Origin: Candidatus Moraniibacteriota bacterium
GTDB lineage: Bacteria; Patescibacteriota; Minisyncoccia; Moranbacterales; UBA1568
Direction: 5' to 3'
Length of the DNA stretch: 64,000 bases
NCBI GenBank assembly: GCA_016182385.1
Contig: JACPGV010000002.1
Location: 253,190-317,189 of the forward strand
Below are positions 26,929-36,936 of the stretch, one piece after another (the stretch's first letter is position 1; every line of letters starts with the position of its first letter). The notes under the pieces were generated by a model, which worked only from the letters and a program-made list of their open reading frames with translations, ran no database searches and was not told the DNA's origin. The translations under genes were made by a program, and so were the position numbers.

Positions 26929-28106
26929 AGTCGTTCGGATTGAGAAGAGGTAAGGCCAAATCGCGCGAGCAGGCGTTCTTTGATTTGTGAAAGAACAAAC
27001 AACATATTTTCTTTGTTTTTATTGGTGACAAAAGAAAGTGAAAGGGTGTTGATATCTAGAGCGGAAGAAGTATTGGTGATATGTATTTCGAAATCATTTC
27101 CGGGAGCGTCGCGTAGCGCTTCGAGCGAAGCGTGACAGGAGAAAGAGCGGCCAAAAAAAGAGCGTGTCGGAAGACACGTGGTTGCCACGGTACTCATACG
27201 CGAGGAGGCATTGATCGGGGACTGTTTGCTGAGAAGAAAATCACGGTACGTTGTGTCGATAAGAGAGCGCTTCGTGTTGTGGTCAACGAGAAAATAAGTT
27301 TTTGTTTCTTGATCAAAGAAAAGCGTTCCATCGGGATGAATGTCACCTAAAAGGAAAATTTTTCCGCGTTTGTAAATACCAATTTCTTCTTCACTTGATG
27401 GAATAACGTTTTTGAAATCATAGCCGAGCGCAAGAAAAATATCGGCGCTACCGATAGGGCGCATTTCGGTTTCACTGACAATGACGAATACCCCATCAGC
27501 GAAAGAGACGAGAGACCCAACACGAAAGCCGATCCATTCTTCGGAGCGTGGATAGGAAGCAAGGAATGAAGGCGAAACTTCTGTGGCAAAGTGTTTTGGG
27601 TATCGTGAAAGGTAGGCATTTTCACTGATGAAAGGATAGAGCGTATTGTCACGAAGGGCATAATAGGCAGTATCAGAATAGTAGAGAATTTCTTTGGGAA
27701 AAGATTGTATAGACATGCCGTGAGGAAGAAAAAAACCGCGATAGGAACGATAGAGGGAGACGTTGAATGGATTATCAGAATCAGGGATGGCAGATTTTTT
27801 TTCGAGGGAAAAACTGATAAGAGCGGTGGAAAAATTTCCAACGACACCAACATCGGCAATGAGGGTCCCATTTTTTTCCAGTTGCCCGTTTTTTCTTGTG
27901 ACGTGTTCTGGTGAGCGTGGATGGAGAAGATTGTTTTTACTGGAATCAGGCGCACGGAAATCAAAAGAGAATGTCAGTGTTGGAAACAATACTCGCAGGG
28001 AGAATGCAACAATGATTATACTGGTGACAATATAAAGGAGTATACGAGCAAAACGATAGGTTGATTGCCAGTGTGGCGCGATAACGACAGAGGAAAAAGG
28101 GTTCAT
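26925..28106 (-). CDS. hypothetical secreted/membrane-anchored protein (393 aa)
   Basis: An N-terminal signal anchor (ILLYIVTSIIIVAFSL). It is co-directional and overlapping with the GT-C-like gene. No known domain. Confidence 0.4.
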   Translation of the reverse strand: MNPFSSVVIAPHWQSTYRFARILLYIVTSIIIVAFSLRVLFPTLTFSFDFRAPDSSKNNLLHPRSPEHVTRKNGQLEKNGTLIADVGVVGNFSTALISFSLEKKSAIPDSDNPFNVSLYRSYRGFFLPHGMSIQSFPKEILYYSDTAYYALRDNTLYPFISENAYLSRYPKHFATEVSPSFLASYPRSEEWIGFRVGSLVSFADGVFVIVSETEMRPIGSADIFLALGYDFKNVIPSSEEEIGIYKRGKIFLLGDIHPDGTLFFDQETKTYFLVDHNTKRSLIDTTYRDFLLSKQSPINASSRMSTVATTCLPTRSFFGRSFSCHASLEALRDAPGNDFEIHITNTSSALDINTLSLSFVTNKNKENMLFVLSQIKERLLARFGLTSSQSERL

Positions 28107-28112
28107 AGTATT

Positions 28113-29930
28113 TTAGTGAATCTCGAAAAGAATAGTATTTGTTTCTTGGAGGATCGGTTCTGGTAGTTTGAGAGCAGAACCATCTTCGAGCGAGAGCGAC
28201 TCAAGACCTTCACGAATGAAGAGAATGGATTTTTTGAAAAGTAAACGTTCGCCAAAAATAGACATAAAGCGCTCCTGATCACTTTCGGGAACGAGAAGAT
28301 AGGTGTGTTCGTATGGCGTGAGATTGAGTTTTTCCAGATCATGGGGATTGAAAAAATAGACGGCATTCTTATTGAAGAGATATTGCATTGGACCGGTAAT
28401 CATGGAAAATCCATCGCCGGTCACGTGCCGATCGATGAGAATAAGATCGCGATCAGTGAAGACTTGGCTGAGAGCGGCTGTTTGTTCGATAAGTGACCGA
28501 TTTTCAGAAAAAGTGACGGCTCTTTTCCATGCTGGATACTGAAAGGAAATAAGTAAGAGAAAGATGATGGTGACAGAGAGAAGGCGATGGCCGGTTGGTC
28601 GAGTTATGGGAAAAATTTTTTCTTTCGCGAAGAGAAGGGCAATACCGATGATACTCGAAAAGAGAAGTGTTGGAAAAAGAGAAAAAAGATAGCGCCGAAG
28701 CATCCAAGGATGGTCAAGAGAAATATTTGGATCGAAAAGATACAGAAACGTTGGAAGTGCTATGGCCACCGGAAGGAGCGCCATGAAACGTCGTTCTTTG
28801 ATGATGATGAGTATACCGAAAAGCCCCATGGTAAAGAGTGTGAGGAGTCCATAGAGAAAGAAGACGGATCCGAGAGGAAACGATGTCTCGATCATCTCCA
28901 CACTATTGGCGATATTTCCTTGCTCCGCTTGACCGAGAAACTTCAGGAGTGCCTTGCCAATCATTTTATAATAGGGAAGATTGATGAAAAAATCCCTCAG
29001 AAAAAAGAACCCGAAAATAATACCAGGAAAAACAAGGCTTTTAAAGGGGGAACTTTTCCAAAGAGATATGGCGTGCGTACTGAAAAAAAGTAGAAGGAGA
29101 GAGAGACCGAGAAAGAGGAAGCCTTCAATGCGGGTAAAAGCAAAAAGTCCCCCGGTAAGGAGAATGCTGAAATAGTAAAGACGTTTTCCTTCCCGGAAAA
29201 ATAAAAGAAGATTAAAAACGAGAAATGTGAATAGAAAAAGTGCAAGATTTTCGCTGAGGGTCATTTTGGCAAACCAGAGAGGAAGAAAAGAGAACAGAGA
29301 AACAAGTAGGCCGGCACCGGCATAAAACGGACAAACAAAAAGACGCAAAAGATGATAGAGCGTGATGAAAAAAAGAAAAAGAAGAAGCGCGTTGCTTATG
29401 TTTGGGCCGATGAATCCAAAGACAGAAACGAAGGCGGCGAGCCACGCAGTGTAACCAAGAGGAAACTGTGTCACGAGGTATCCTCCGTCCGTGTAAGCGA
29501 AACCGGGAAAATTGAGTGCTGTACCTTCCCCGTAGATTTCAAAGAAGCTGATCGTGGTTTTATTGGTAAATGCCAGTTCATTGTTCTGAGCGAGACGGAA
29601 GGCGGCTTCGGCGATAGATCCTTGGTCGCGGCCGGAAAAGACGGTTGGTTCCGAAGAAAGGGCGATAAAAATAGCAAAACAGAGAGAGAGAAAAAAAACA
29701 ACGCGAATGTCGTTTTTCGCATGCCAAAGAAGTTTGATACCGATGAGGAGAGGTAATGCCCCGCCTATGAGGAGAGCAAAAACAAGAAGAGGAAAAAAGA
29801 AAAAGCCGCTTATGGCGAGGGAGAGCGTGAACCATCCAAACACCACAAAAAAAAGTCCGAAGAGGACGAAGGAAGTATGATTTTTTTCTGAAAAAGAGGG
29901 AAAAGTGATCATGAGTACAGTATAACGCAA
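28113..29930 (-). CDS. large polytopic membrane protein, GT-C-fold glycosyltransferase-like (ArnT/PMT-type) candidate
   Basis: Ten or more TM helices in the N-terminal 450 aa plus a soluble C-terminal domain. The topology matches GT39/GT83. Assignment is by architecture only. Confidence 0.4.
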   Translation of the reverse strand: MRYTVLMITFPSFSEKNHTSFVLFGLFFVVFGWFTLSLAISGFFFFPLLVFALLIGGALPLLIGIKLLWHAKNDIRVVFFLSLCFAIFIALSSEPTVFSGRDQGSIAEAAFRLAQNNELAFTNKTTISFFEIYGEGTALNFPGFAYTDGGYLVTQFPLGYTAWLAAFVSVFGFIGPNISNALLLFLFFITLYHLLRLFVCPFYAGAGLLVSLFSFLPLWFAKMTLSENLALFLFTFLVFNLLLFFREGKRLYYFSILLTGGLFAFTRIEGFLFLGLSLLLLFFSTHAISLWKSSPFKSLVFPGIIFGFFFLRDFFINLPYYKMIGKALLKFLGQAEQGNIANSVEMIETSFPLGSVFFLYGLLTLFTMGLFGILIIIKERRFMALLPVAIALPTFLYLFDPNISLDHPWMLRRYLFSLFPTLLFSSIIGIALLFAKEKIFPITRPTGHRLLSVTIIFLLLISFQYPAWKRAVTFSENRSLIEQTAALSQVFTDRDLILIDRHVTGDGFSMITGPMQYLFNKNAVYFFNPHDLEKLNLTPYEHTYLLVPESDQERFMSIFGERLLFKKSILFIREGLESLSLEDGSALKLPEPILQETNTILFEIH

Positions 29931-30030
29931 GAATATTATTTTTTCTAGGTTTTTTTGATGAGTGAGTGGTTTGCCAATATGAGGAAATATGTTTACAATA
30001 AAGGAAAAGAACTCGTTTAATAGATGAGGA

Positions 30031-32475
30031 ATGCGATTTCATTTTTTCTTTTGGTACTATACAGACGGTTTGCGTGGAGCGGGAGTGCTCATGTGGAATG
30101 CTTTACGTTTCACCGCTTTACATTTTTCGTTGTTGCCATTGTTACAGACACTTTTTTTTCCATGGAAGCGTGATGTTTCTTTCCGGGCGTGGAGGGGATT
30201 TCATCCCTTGAAATTTTTTGGATTAGCATTCAATAATATTTTTTCTCGATTTTGGGGGGCAATGGTGCGTTTGGTTGTTTTAATGTTTGGCGTTCTGATT
30301 TTTTGCGTTGTTTTTCTTTTCGGGGGAATGTTTTTTTTGCTTTTTTGTTTTGGGCCGCTTCTTTTGGGGAGTAGTGTTGTTTTGTATATTTTTTCTTCTT
30401 CTCTTGGTTTTTGGTTTTCTCTTTTTGGTTTTTTCGGTTGTCTTATTGCTTTTTTGGGATATGTTATGAGAGAGAAAGACATTGTGCCCGTTTTTGACAT
30501 ACGTGTTCTGCGGCGAAAAAGCTTTTTTAAACGTATTTTAGCGAGGTTGGGCCTTCACCACGTGGAGACGGCGCATTTGGAGAACGATGCTTCATTTTCA
30601 GAATTTCTTCAAAAAAATACTCTTGAAAGAACACTTTTTGAAAAGGCTGTCCTTATCGAGTGGGCCGCGGCTGTGAAGCGATCGCGAAAGAAAAAATTTT
30701 GGCTTTGGGATAATTTGAAAAAGACAAGGCCAATCGGTAAGGGATGGTGCTATGCGTATACCCCCAAACTTGATCAATATGTTGTTGATCTTTCATCGCA
30801 TGATCCGACGGAATATCGCGAGATGGAATTAGTCGGTCGCCGCGAAGAGTTTTCCGTTACAGCGCTTGTATTGAAGCGACCAGTGGAGAATAATGTCGTG
30901 ATAGTAGGTGATCCGGGAATCGGTAAAAAAACATTGGTACATTATTTTGGACGCTCCTTGAGGGAAAATGTGTTTCGGGGCGATCGTTTGGGGGATGCCC
31001 GTCTTTTGCTTTTTGATATAGGTGCTGCCATAAGTGACGCCGTGGGTCATGGGCAAGATCCGGAATATTTTTTACGAACGCTTTTTCTTGAAGCCGCGTA
31101 TGCCGGTAACGTTATTTTGGTTATTGAAAATATTGATACGCATTTTTCCGGTAATGGCATGCACTCTTACCTGCCTTCTCTTTTTACCGAGTTTCTACAA
31201 TTACCGACATTTCGCGTTATCGCCACCGCTTCTACCAATCAGTATCATGAGCTCATAAAAAAAGAAGCGCAGGCCTTTAAGTTTTTTGAGACAGTGTATA
31301 TACGTGAGCCCAACGAAGCGGAGACGTTTGATATTCTTCTTCATTTTTTTGAAGAAAGCGAAAGACAAAATGTTGTTTTTACCATTCAAGGTCTTGAGGC
31401 GATTATTGCTTTTGCTAGTCGGTACCATTGGGAAACTCCTTTTCCAGAACGAGCTATCGATCTTGCTCAGGAAATACTTCTGTATTGGCAGGGAACGGAT
31501 GATCAGTATATTACTCCTGGCGTGGCACATGCATTTTTTTCTTTGAAGACTGGAGCGTCAACGGGAGCGGCGGAAGGAGAAGAGCGAGAAAAATTATTGC
31601 ATTTGGAGGAGCTTTTGCATGAGCGAGTCATTGGACAGACGGAAGCTGTTCGTGAAGTGGCGGAGGCTATGCGTAAGGCGCGCGTCGGTTTTTCTGATCC
31701 CAAGCGACCATTGGGAAGTTTTATTTTTTTCGGACCAAGCGGTGTTGGAAAAACAGAAACAGCGAAAGCGTTCGCGGAGAGTTATTTTGGTGATGAAAAA
31801 AAGATGATTCGTTTTGATATGAGCGAGTTTCAAACACCGCAATCGATTGATAGGATGATCGGTTCTCGAATTACTAATGTTCAGGGAGAACTTGTGAATG
31901 CGGCAAAAGAAAAACCGTTTTCTATTCTTTTGCTTGATGAGATAGAAAAGGCATATCCGAGGGTTTTGGATTTATTTTTGCAAATTCTTGATGAGGGATA
32001 TGTGACGGATGGTTTTGGCGAAAAGGTGAGTTTTCGTAATATGATTATTATCGCGACCTCCAACGCTGGAGCGCCACTCATTAAGTCACTTGTTGCAGAG
32101 CAGGCTTCAATGGTGGAAATTCGTAAACAAGTGCTTGATCATATTATCGAAAAAAACATTTTTCGTTTGGAATTTTTGAGTCGTTTTAATGGATTGATTT
32201 TTTTTGAACCGCTCAAACAAACAGAACTTGAAGCAGTGGCAATGCTCAAGCTACAACATTTTGCTGATCGCTTGAAAAAAGAAAAAAACATTACGGTCGT
32301 TTTTGATTCGGATGTCGCTTCTTTGGTGGTAGAACGGGGATTTGAAGCGGAATTTGGTACTCGTTCACTGAATCGTTTCATAGAGAATGCCATTGAGGAT
32401 GTCATGGTAAAAAAAATTATCGCCGGCGAAGTTACCGAAGGAAGTGTTTTTCGGGTATCTGGTAATGAACTGTGA
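30031..32475 (+). CDS. membrane-anchored ClpB/ClpC-like AAA+ protein (N-terminal ~150-aa TM region; degenerate D1; intact D2; no N- or M-domain)
   Basis: D1 has Walker A GDPGIGKKT (Lys at the S/T position) and Walker-B-like ILVIENID. D2 reads LHERVIGQTEAVREVAEAMRKARVGFSDPKRPLGSFIFFGPSGVGKTETAKAFA, with Walker [11 protein letters not shown], sensor 2 and a ClpB_D2-small region. The N-terminus is highly hydrophobic. Confidence 0.75.
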   Translation: MRFHFFFWYYTDGLRGAGVLMWNALRFTALHFSLLPLLQTLFFPWKRDVSFRAWRGFHPLKFFGLAFNNIFSRFWGAMVRLVVLMFGVLIFCVVFLFGGMFFLLFCFGPLLLGSSVVLYIFSSSLGFWFSLFGFFGCLIAFLGYVMREKDIVPVFDIRVLRRKSFFKRILARLGLHHVETAHLENDASFSEFLQKNTLERTLFEKAVLIEWAAAVKRSRKKKFWLWDNLKKTRPIGKGWCYAYTPKLDQYVVDLSSHDPTEYREMELVGRREEFSVTALVLKRPVENNVVIVGDPGIGKKTLVHYFGRSLRENVFRGDRLGDARLLLFDIGAAISDAVGHGQDPEYFLRTLFLEAAYAGNVILVIENIDTHFSGNGMHSYLPSLFTEFLQLPTFRVIATASTNQYHELIKKEAQAFKFFETVYIREPNEAETFDILLHFFEESERQNVVFTIQGLEAIIAFASRYHWETPFPERAIDLAQEILLYWQGTDDQYITPGVAHAFFSLKTGASTGAAEGEEREKLLHLEELLHERVIGQTEAVREVAEAMRKARVGFSDPKRPLGSFIFFGPSGVGKTETAKAFAESYFGDEKKMIRFDMSEFQTPQSIDRMIGSRITNVQGELVNAAKEKPFSILLLDEIEKAYPRVLDLFLQILDEGYVTDGFGEKVSFRNMIIIATSNAGAPLIKSLVAEQASMVEIRKQVLDHIIEKNIFRLEFLSRFNGLIFFEPLKQTELEAVAMLKLQHFADRLKKEKNITVVFDSDVASLVVERGFEAEFGTRSLNRFIENAIEDVMVKKIIAGEVTEGSVFRVSGNEL

Positions 32476-33656
32476 TTATGAATATATTAGTTGTCGCACC
32501 CACGCCGTTTTTTTCTGATCGAGGGACACATATTCGTATTTTGGAAGAAGCGCTCGCGCTTGAAAAGCGTGGACATGAGGTAACAATCGCGACGTATCAC
32601 ATCGGTGCGGATATTCCGAAACACTTGCATTCACGTATTGATGTGCGTCGCATACGGAGACTGCTTTTTTGGTACAAGAAATTGGAGGCCGGTCCGGATT
32701 GGCAGAAAATCATCCTTGATCTTTTACTTATCAAGAAAACGTTTTTTCTCGCTCGTACAAAAAAACCGGATATTATTCACGCGCATTTGCATGAAGGCGC
32801 GCTTATTGGTTGGATTGTCCAGAAGGTGCTTTTTTGGCATCGAATACGTTTAGTGGTGGATTTTCATGGAAGTTTGACGAAAGAAATGGTATCACATCAT
32901 TATCTTCGAATGAGCGGATTATTTTTTCTTTTTCGATGGTTGGAGAAGTGTATTGACAACATGGGTGATGCGGCTGTTACCAGTTCGTGGGAAAATACTG
33001 ACGATATCAACACTTTGCGTCGGAAAAAAGACGCGGAAACGCTTCTTGATGGCACACGTCTTTCAATGTTTGACGGCGTATTGGAGAAATCAGTGCTTCG
33101 GGAACGATATGGCATTTCGCGTGACGCGATCGTTATAACCTATACCGGAGCACTTATTCCGAACAAGGGCGTAGGACTCTTTCTTGAGATGATTCCACTC
33201 GTTTCTGCTCAATACCCAAAAGTGCATTTTATTATCGCCGGATTTCCTCTTAATGAGATAGCGGGTTTTTTACGGCAGGACGTTTTTCGTACACGAGTGA
33301 AGGTTATCAGCCCATTGTCGTATTTTGATCTCCCGAGTGTTTTGAAGATGAGCGATATTGGTGTTGACCCGAAAGAAGCGACAACGCGACAAGCAAGCGG
33401 AAAAATGCTTCAATATATGGGGGCAGGGTTGCCGGTGGCGTGTTTTGATACCGCGAACAATCGTGAATATTTGGGTGAGGGCGGAGTCTATGCTTCTGAA
33501 ACGACCGCTAAGAGTCTTTCTCACGCACTCGGCATACTTATAGAAAATGAAGTGCTTCGACGAGAAAAAGGGGAGATTAATTTCGTTCGTTCAAAACAAT
33601 TTAGTTGGGAAAAATCAGCGGAAATATTGGAAAAAATATACAAAAAATTGTTATGA
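32472..33656 (+). CDS. glycosyltransferase family 4
   Basis: A GT-B protein with C-terminal …GALIPNKGVGLFLEMIPLV…KVHFIIAGFP…. Its ATG overlaps the previous gene's stop. Confidence 0.8.
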   Translation: MIMNILVVAPTPFFSDRGTHIRILEEALALEKRGHEVTIATYHIGADIPKHLHSRIDVRRIRRLLFWYKKLEAGPDWQKIILDLLLIKKTFFLARTKKPDIIHAHLHEGALIGWIVQKVLFWHRIRLVVDFHGSLTKEMVSHHYLRMSGLFFLFRWLEKCIDNMGDAAVTSSWENTDDINTLRRKKDAETLLDGTRLSMFDGVLEKSVLRERYGISRDAIVITYTGALIPNKGVGLFLEMIPLVSAQYPKVHFIIAGFPLNEIAGFLRQDVFRTRVKVISPLSYFDLPSVLKMSDIGVDPKEATTRQASGKMLQYMGAGLPVACFDTANNREYLGEGGVYASETTAKSLSHALGILIENEVLRREKGEINFVRSKQFSWEKSAEILEKIYKKLL

Positions 33657-34831
33657 AACTCTTTCTTATAAAAATCGGAAAAGCGTGGGATGTGCTATGT
33701 CGTGATGGGATAGTAAGGGGTAGCAAGCGAGTAATGTTTGCCTTTTTAAAACTTTTTCGAAGAGTTTTTCCTGGGGATGTTTTGTTTATATCAAATGGTG
33801 TCGGTGACAGTGCCAGATATCGGACAGTGCATATGGCTGAGATGCTAAAGAAGCAGGGTGTTCGCGCGTCGGTTACGGTGCAAGATAATCCCTTTCTTCC
33901 TTCGTATGCCAAGCAATTTTCCGTATTCGTTTTTCACCGAACGTTATTTTCTCGAAACGTGGAGAAACTTCTGGCGCGCGCAAAAACACTGGGAAAAGAA
34001 ATTATTTTTGAAACGGATGACTTGGTATATGATCCCATGTTTTTGCAACACATGGATTATTTCAATCAGATGAATGTTTTTGAGCGTAAATTGTATGAAA
34101 ATGGTGTGGGTGGCGAGATTCTTTCTGATCCGTACGTGAAGGTATGCACGACCTCGACGACTTACCTTGCAGAAAAGTTACGTGAAAAGAAAAAACAGGT
34201 GTTTGTTGTACGTAATTGTTTGTCGCAAGAAGATATTACGAATGCTGAAACGATAATGATGAGAAAAACAAAGCGTGATATGTTTGTGCGATTGGCATAT
34301 TTTTCCGGCACTCCAAGTCACAATAAAGATTTTGCGACCATTACGGACGCGCTCCTTGCCGTGATGGAACGGTACCCGCAAACGAAATTGGTATTGGCAG
34401 GACCGCTTGATGCTGACGATCGGCTGAACATGGTGAAGGATCGTATCGAGCGAGTGTTGTTTTCCCCACGACGGGATCATTTTGGTAACATCGCCACAGT
34501 AGATATAAATCTCGCGCCACTCGAAATAGGTAATCCGTTTTGTGAAGCGAAATCGGAATTGAAGTGGTTTGAGGCGGGACTCCTAGCCATACCCACGGTC
34601 GCCTCGGGAACGCAAACATTTCATGAGGCGATAACGGATGGCGTAGATGGTTTTGTGGCTAGCACAACGGCGGAGTGGATAGAAAAAATATCGTGTTTAG
34701 TGGAAGATACAACCTTTCGACAAATGATGGGAAAGAATGCGCATGAAACGGTGTTGAAAAAATACACGACAGAGCACGGTGATGAAGAATATATTCGGTA
34801 TATAAAGAGTAAATTAGCAAGAAAAATATGA
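33653..34831 (+). CDS. glycosyltransferase, GT-B fold (group 1-like)
   Basis: …KLVLAGPLD…ELKWFEAGLLAIPTVASGTQTFHEAITDGVDGFV… is a GT4-like C-terminal half. Its ATG overlaps the upstream stop (ATGA). Confidence 0.65.
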   Translation: MKLFLIKIGKAWDVLCRDGIVRGSKRVMFAFLKLFRRVFPGDVLFISNGVGDSARYRTVHMAEMLKKQGVRASVTVQDNPFLPSYAKQFSVFVFHRTLFSRNVEKLLARAKTLGKEIIFETDDLVYDPMFLQHMDYFNQMNVFERKLYENGVGGEILSDPYVKVCTTSTTYLAEKLREKKKQVFVVRNCLSQEDITNAETIMMRKTKRDMFVRLAYFSGTPSHNKDFATITDALLAVMERYPQTKLVLAGPLDADDRLNMVKDRIERVLFSPRRDHFGNIATVDINLAPLEIGNPFCEAKSELKWFEAGLLAIPTVASGTQTFHEAITDGVDGFVASTTAEWIEKISCLVEDTTFRQMMGKNAHETVLKKYTTEHGDEEYIRYIKSKLARKI

Positions 34832-35781
34832 AAATACTTATTACGGGTGGCGCGGGATTTATAGGTTCCGCAACGGCAAAGCAGTTGGTAGGTCGTGGTG
34901 ATACGCCGATTCTTATTGATAATTTCAATGATTACTATGATCCGAAATTAAAAAGAGATCGCGTTGCCAAGTTTCTCAAGGAATGTAAAGGAAAATTCAG
35001 GCTCTATAAAGGAGATATTCGTGATCGGAAATTTCTTGAGCGTGTTTTCAAAAAAGAACACCCGGTAAAGGTCATTCATTTGGCGGCGATGGCCGGTGTG
35101 CGGAGTTCACTCGATAATCCGGGACTCTATGTTGATGTCAATATTTTGGGAACAGTCAATCTTCTTGATATGGCGGTCAAATACAAAGTGAAGAATTTTG
35201 TTTACGCCTCTTCCTCATCGGTGTACGGCAATAATACAAAGGTGCCGTTTTCTGAAACTGATTCTGTCGATACTCCGGTATCTCCGTATGCCGCTACCAA
35301 AAAAGCGACGGAGCTTTTGGCACATGTATACAGTCATATCCATGGGCTGAAAACGACTGGACTTCGTTATTTCACGGTCTATGGTCCATGGGGTCGTCCG
35401 GATATGGGAGTGTTCAAATTTATTGAAAATATCATTTGCGGCAAAATGATCGATGTCTACAATTTTGGTAAGATGCGTCGAAATTTTACCTATATTGATG
35501 ATATTGTTTCGGGGACAATCACGACTCTTGACGCTGATTTGCCGTGTGCTGTGATGAATATTGGCGGTGATCGTGACGAGGCGCTTCTTGACTATATCGC
35601 CTTAGTGGAAAAGCATTCTGGCAAGAAAGCAAAAAAACGAATGTTGCCGATGCAACCGGGAGATGTGCCGTCGACGGTCGCTGACATTAAAAAACTTCGT
35701 AAACTTGGCTGGAAACCGACGACTCGTATTGATGTTGGGGTAAAAAACTTTGTAACATGGTATAAAGAATATTATCGATGA
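34828..35781 (+). CDS. NAD-dependent epimerase/dehydratase (UDP-sugar 4-epimerase-like, extended SDR)
   Basis: MKILITGGAGFIGSATAKQL…YASSSSVYG…YAATKKATE. It has a Rossmann GxxGxxG motif and YxxxK. Confidence 0.85.
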   Translation: MKILITGGAGFIGSATAKQLVGRGDTPILIDNFNDYYDPKLKRDRVAKFLKECKGKFRLYKGDIRDRKFLERVFKKEHPVKVIHLAAMAGVRSSLDNPGLYVDVNILGTVNLLDMAVKYKVKNFVYASSSSVYGNNTKVPFSETDSVDTPVSPYAATKKATELLAHVYSHIHGLKTTGLRYFTVYGPWGRPDMGVFKFIENIICGKMIDVYNFGKMRRNFTYIDDIVSGTITTLDADLPCAVMNIGGDRDEALLDYIALVEKHSGKKAKKRMLPMQPGDVPSTVADIKKLRKLGWKPTTRIDVGVKNFVTWYKEYYR

Positions 35782-35793
35782 TAATTTTTCCTT

Positions 35794-36858
35794 ATGGCAT
35801 ACACGCGGCGTGATCATACGGGGATAAGTCTGGTGATACTTGAAGCTTTTGGAGCATTTGCTTTTTGGTATTTCTTTTTTGAGAGTGTTCGGATGTCGAG
35901 TATTGGTGGTATTTGGCAAGTCATCTTTTCGTTTTTTATTTTGGCCGTTTTCTTTTTTATAGGAGCAGTCGTGTGGAAGGGGGCGATAGTGAGAAGCGCG
36001 GGCGTCGCTATGCTTCTTTTTCCCAGTTTTCTTTTTTTACAATCGTGGGAGTTTGTCTTGGCGAATGTCTTGGCTTTTCTTTTCCTTTATAGAAGTGCTT
36101 CTCATATCAGTGGTGAAACGATAGAGAGACTGCGTTTTCATTTTTTGAAAAGTGCGCGGGCCGGAAAATTTCTTTTTGGTTTTTCGTTTGCTCTCCTTTT
36201 GAGTTTTGGTTATTACGTGACCATAAAAGATGTTTCTTTGGAAAATCTCATACCGCGTTTTGTTTTGGGTGACAATACGATGAAGATGGCCTTGAGGGGC
36301 GCTGGTATGCTCCATGAGGATTTTTCCAAAATCCTTGAAGAGGATGGTACGGTTGATGAATTTCTTTTGGGTGTGGCCCAGAAGGAAAAATACTCTTCTG
36401 ATGTTCAGTCACAAGAAGGAATGTTTTCTTTGGAAACGGACGACTTATGGAATGTGTTTTCTGGAATAAGCGCTGATGCCATAACGACTGATTCTGCTTT
36501 TGAACAAAGTGGGCAGGCTTTTGAAAAAGAGATTTTTCTTCATGCAGGCCGTGAGCAGATAGCCCAATTTGTTGGACAGCCGATTACCGGCACGGAGAAG
36601 GTGTCTGATGTTTTGGCGTCTATCTTACGTAATAAGCTTACCGGTTTCGCTCAAAACTCAACAGAGGAACATATTTTTTCTTCTTCCGCGCTTTCTTTTT
36701 TTCTTGCCATGCTTCTTTTTCTCACTCTTCTTTCATTGGTACCGATTATCAATGCGCTGGCTATTTTTGTAGCTTTTCTTCTTTTTCAATTACTTCTGGC
36801 GACAAAATGTCTTTCGTGGGAAGAGGCGACAATACAGTGTGAACGTCTGGCACTCTAA
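35794..36858 (+). CDS. hypothetical membrane protein (354 aa)
   Basis: Multiple TM helices at both ends with an acidic central region. No known motif. Confidence 0.35.
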   Translation: MAYTRRDHTGISLVILEAFGAFAFWYFFFESVRMSSIGGIWQVIFSFFILAVFFFIGAVVWKGAIVRSAGVAMLLFPSFLFLQSWEFVLANVLAFLFLYRSASHISGETIERLRFHFLKSARAGKFLFGFSFALLLSFGYYVTIKDVSLENLIPRFVLGDNTMKMALRGAGMLHEDFSKILEEDGTVDEFLLGVAQKEKYSSDVQSQEGMFSLETDDLWNVFSGISADAITTDSAFEQSGQAFEKEIFLHAGREQIAQFVGQPITGTEKVSDVLASILRNKLTGFAQNSTEEHIFSSSALSFFLAMLLFLTLLSLVPIINALAIFVAFLLFQLLLATKCLSWEEATIQCERLAL

Positions 36859-36869
36859 AGATATTTCTA

Positions 36870-36896
36870 TTAGCACTCATTATTGATGATTGCTAA
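36870..36896 (+). promoter_or_regulatory. CIRCE-like operator (TTAGCACTC-N9-GATTGCTAA) upstream of dnaJ
   Basis: It has the same half-site variant as the clpB copy, about 40 nt upstream of the dnaJ ATG. Confidence 0.6.
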
Positions 36897-36936
36897 TTTT
36901 TGTTTTTTGGTGTATGATCGGAGTGATAAACAGGAA

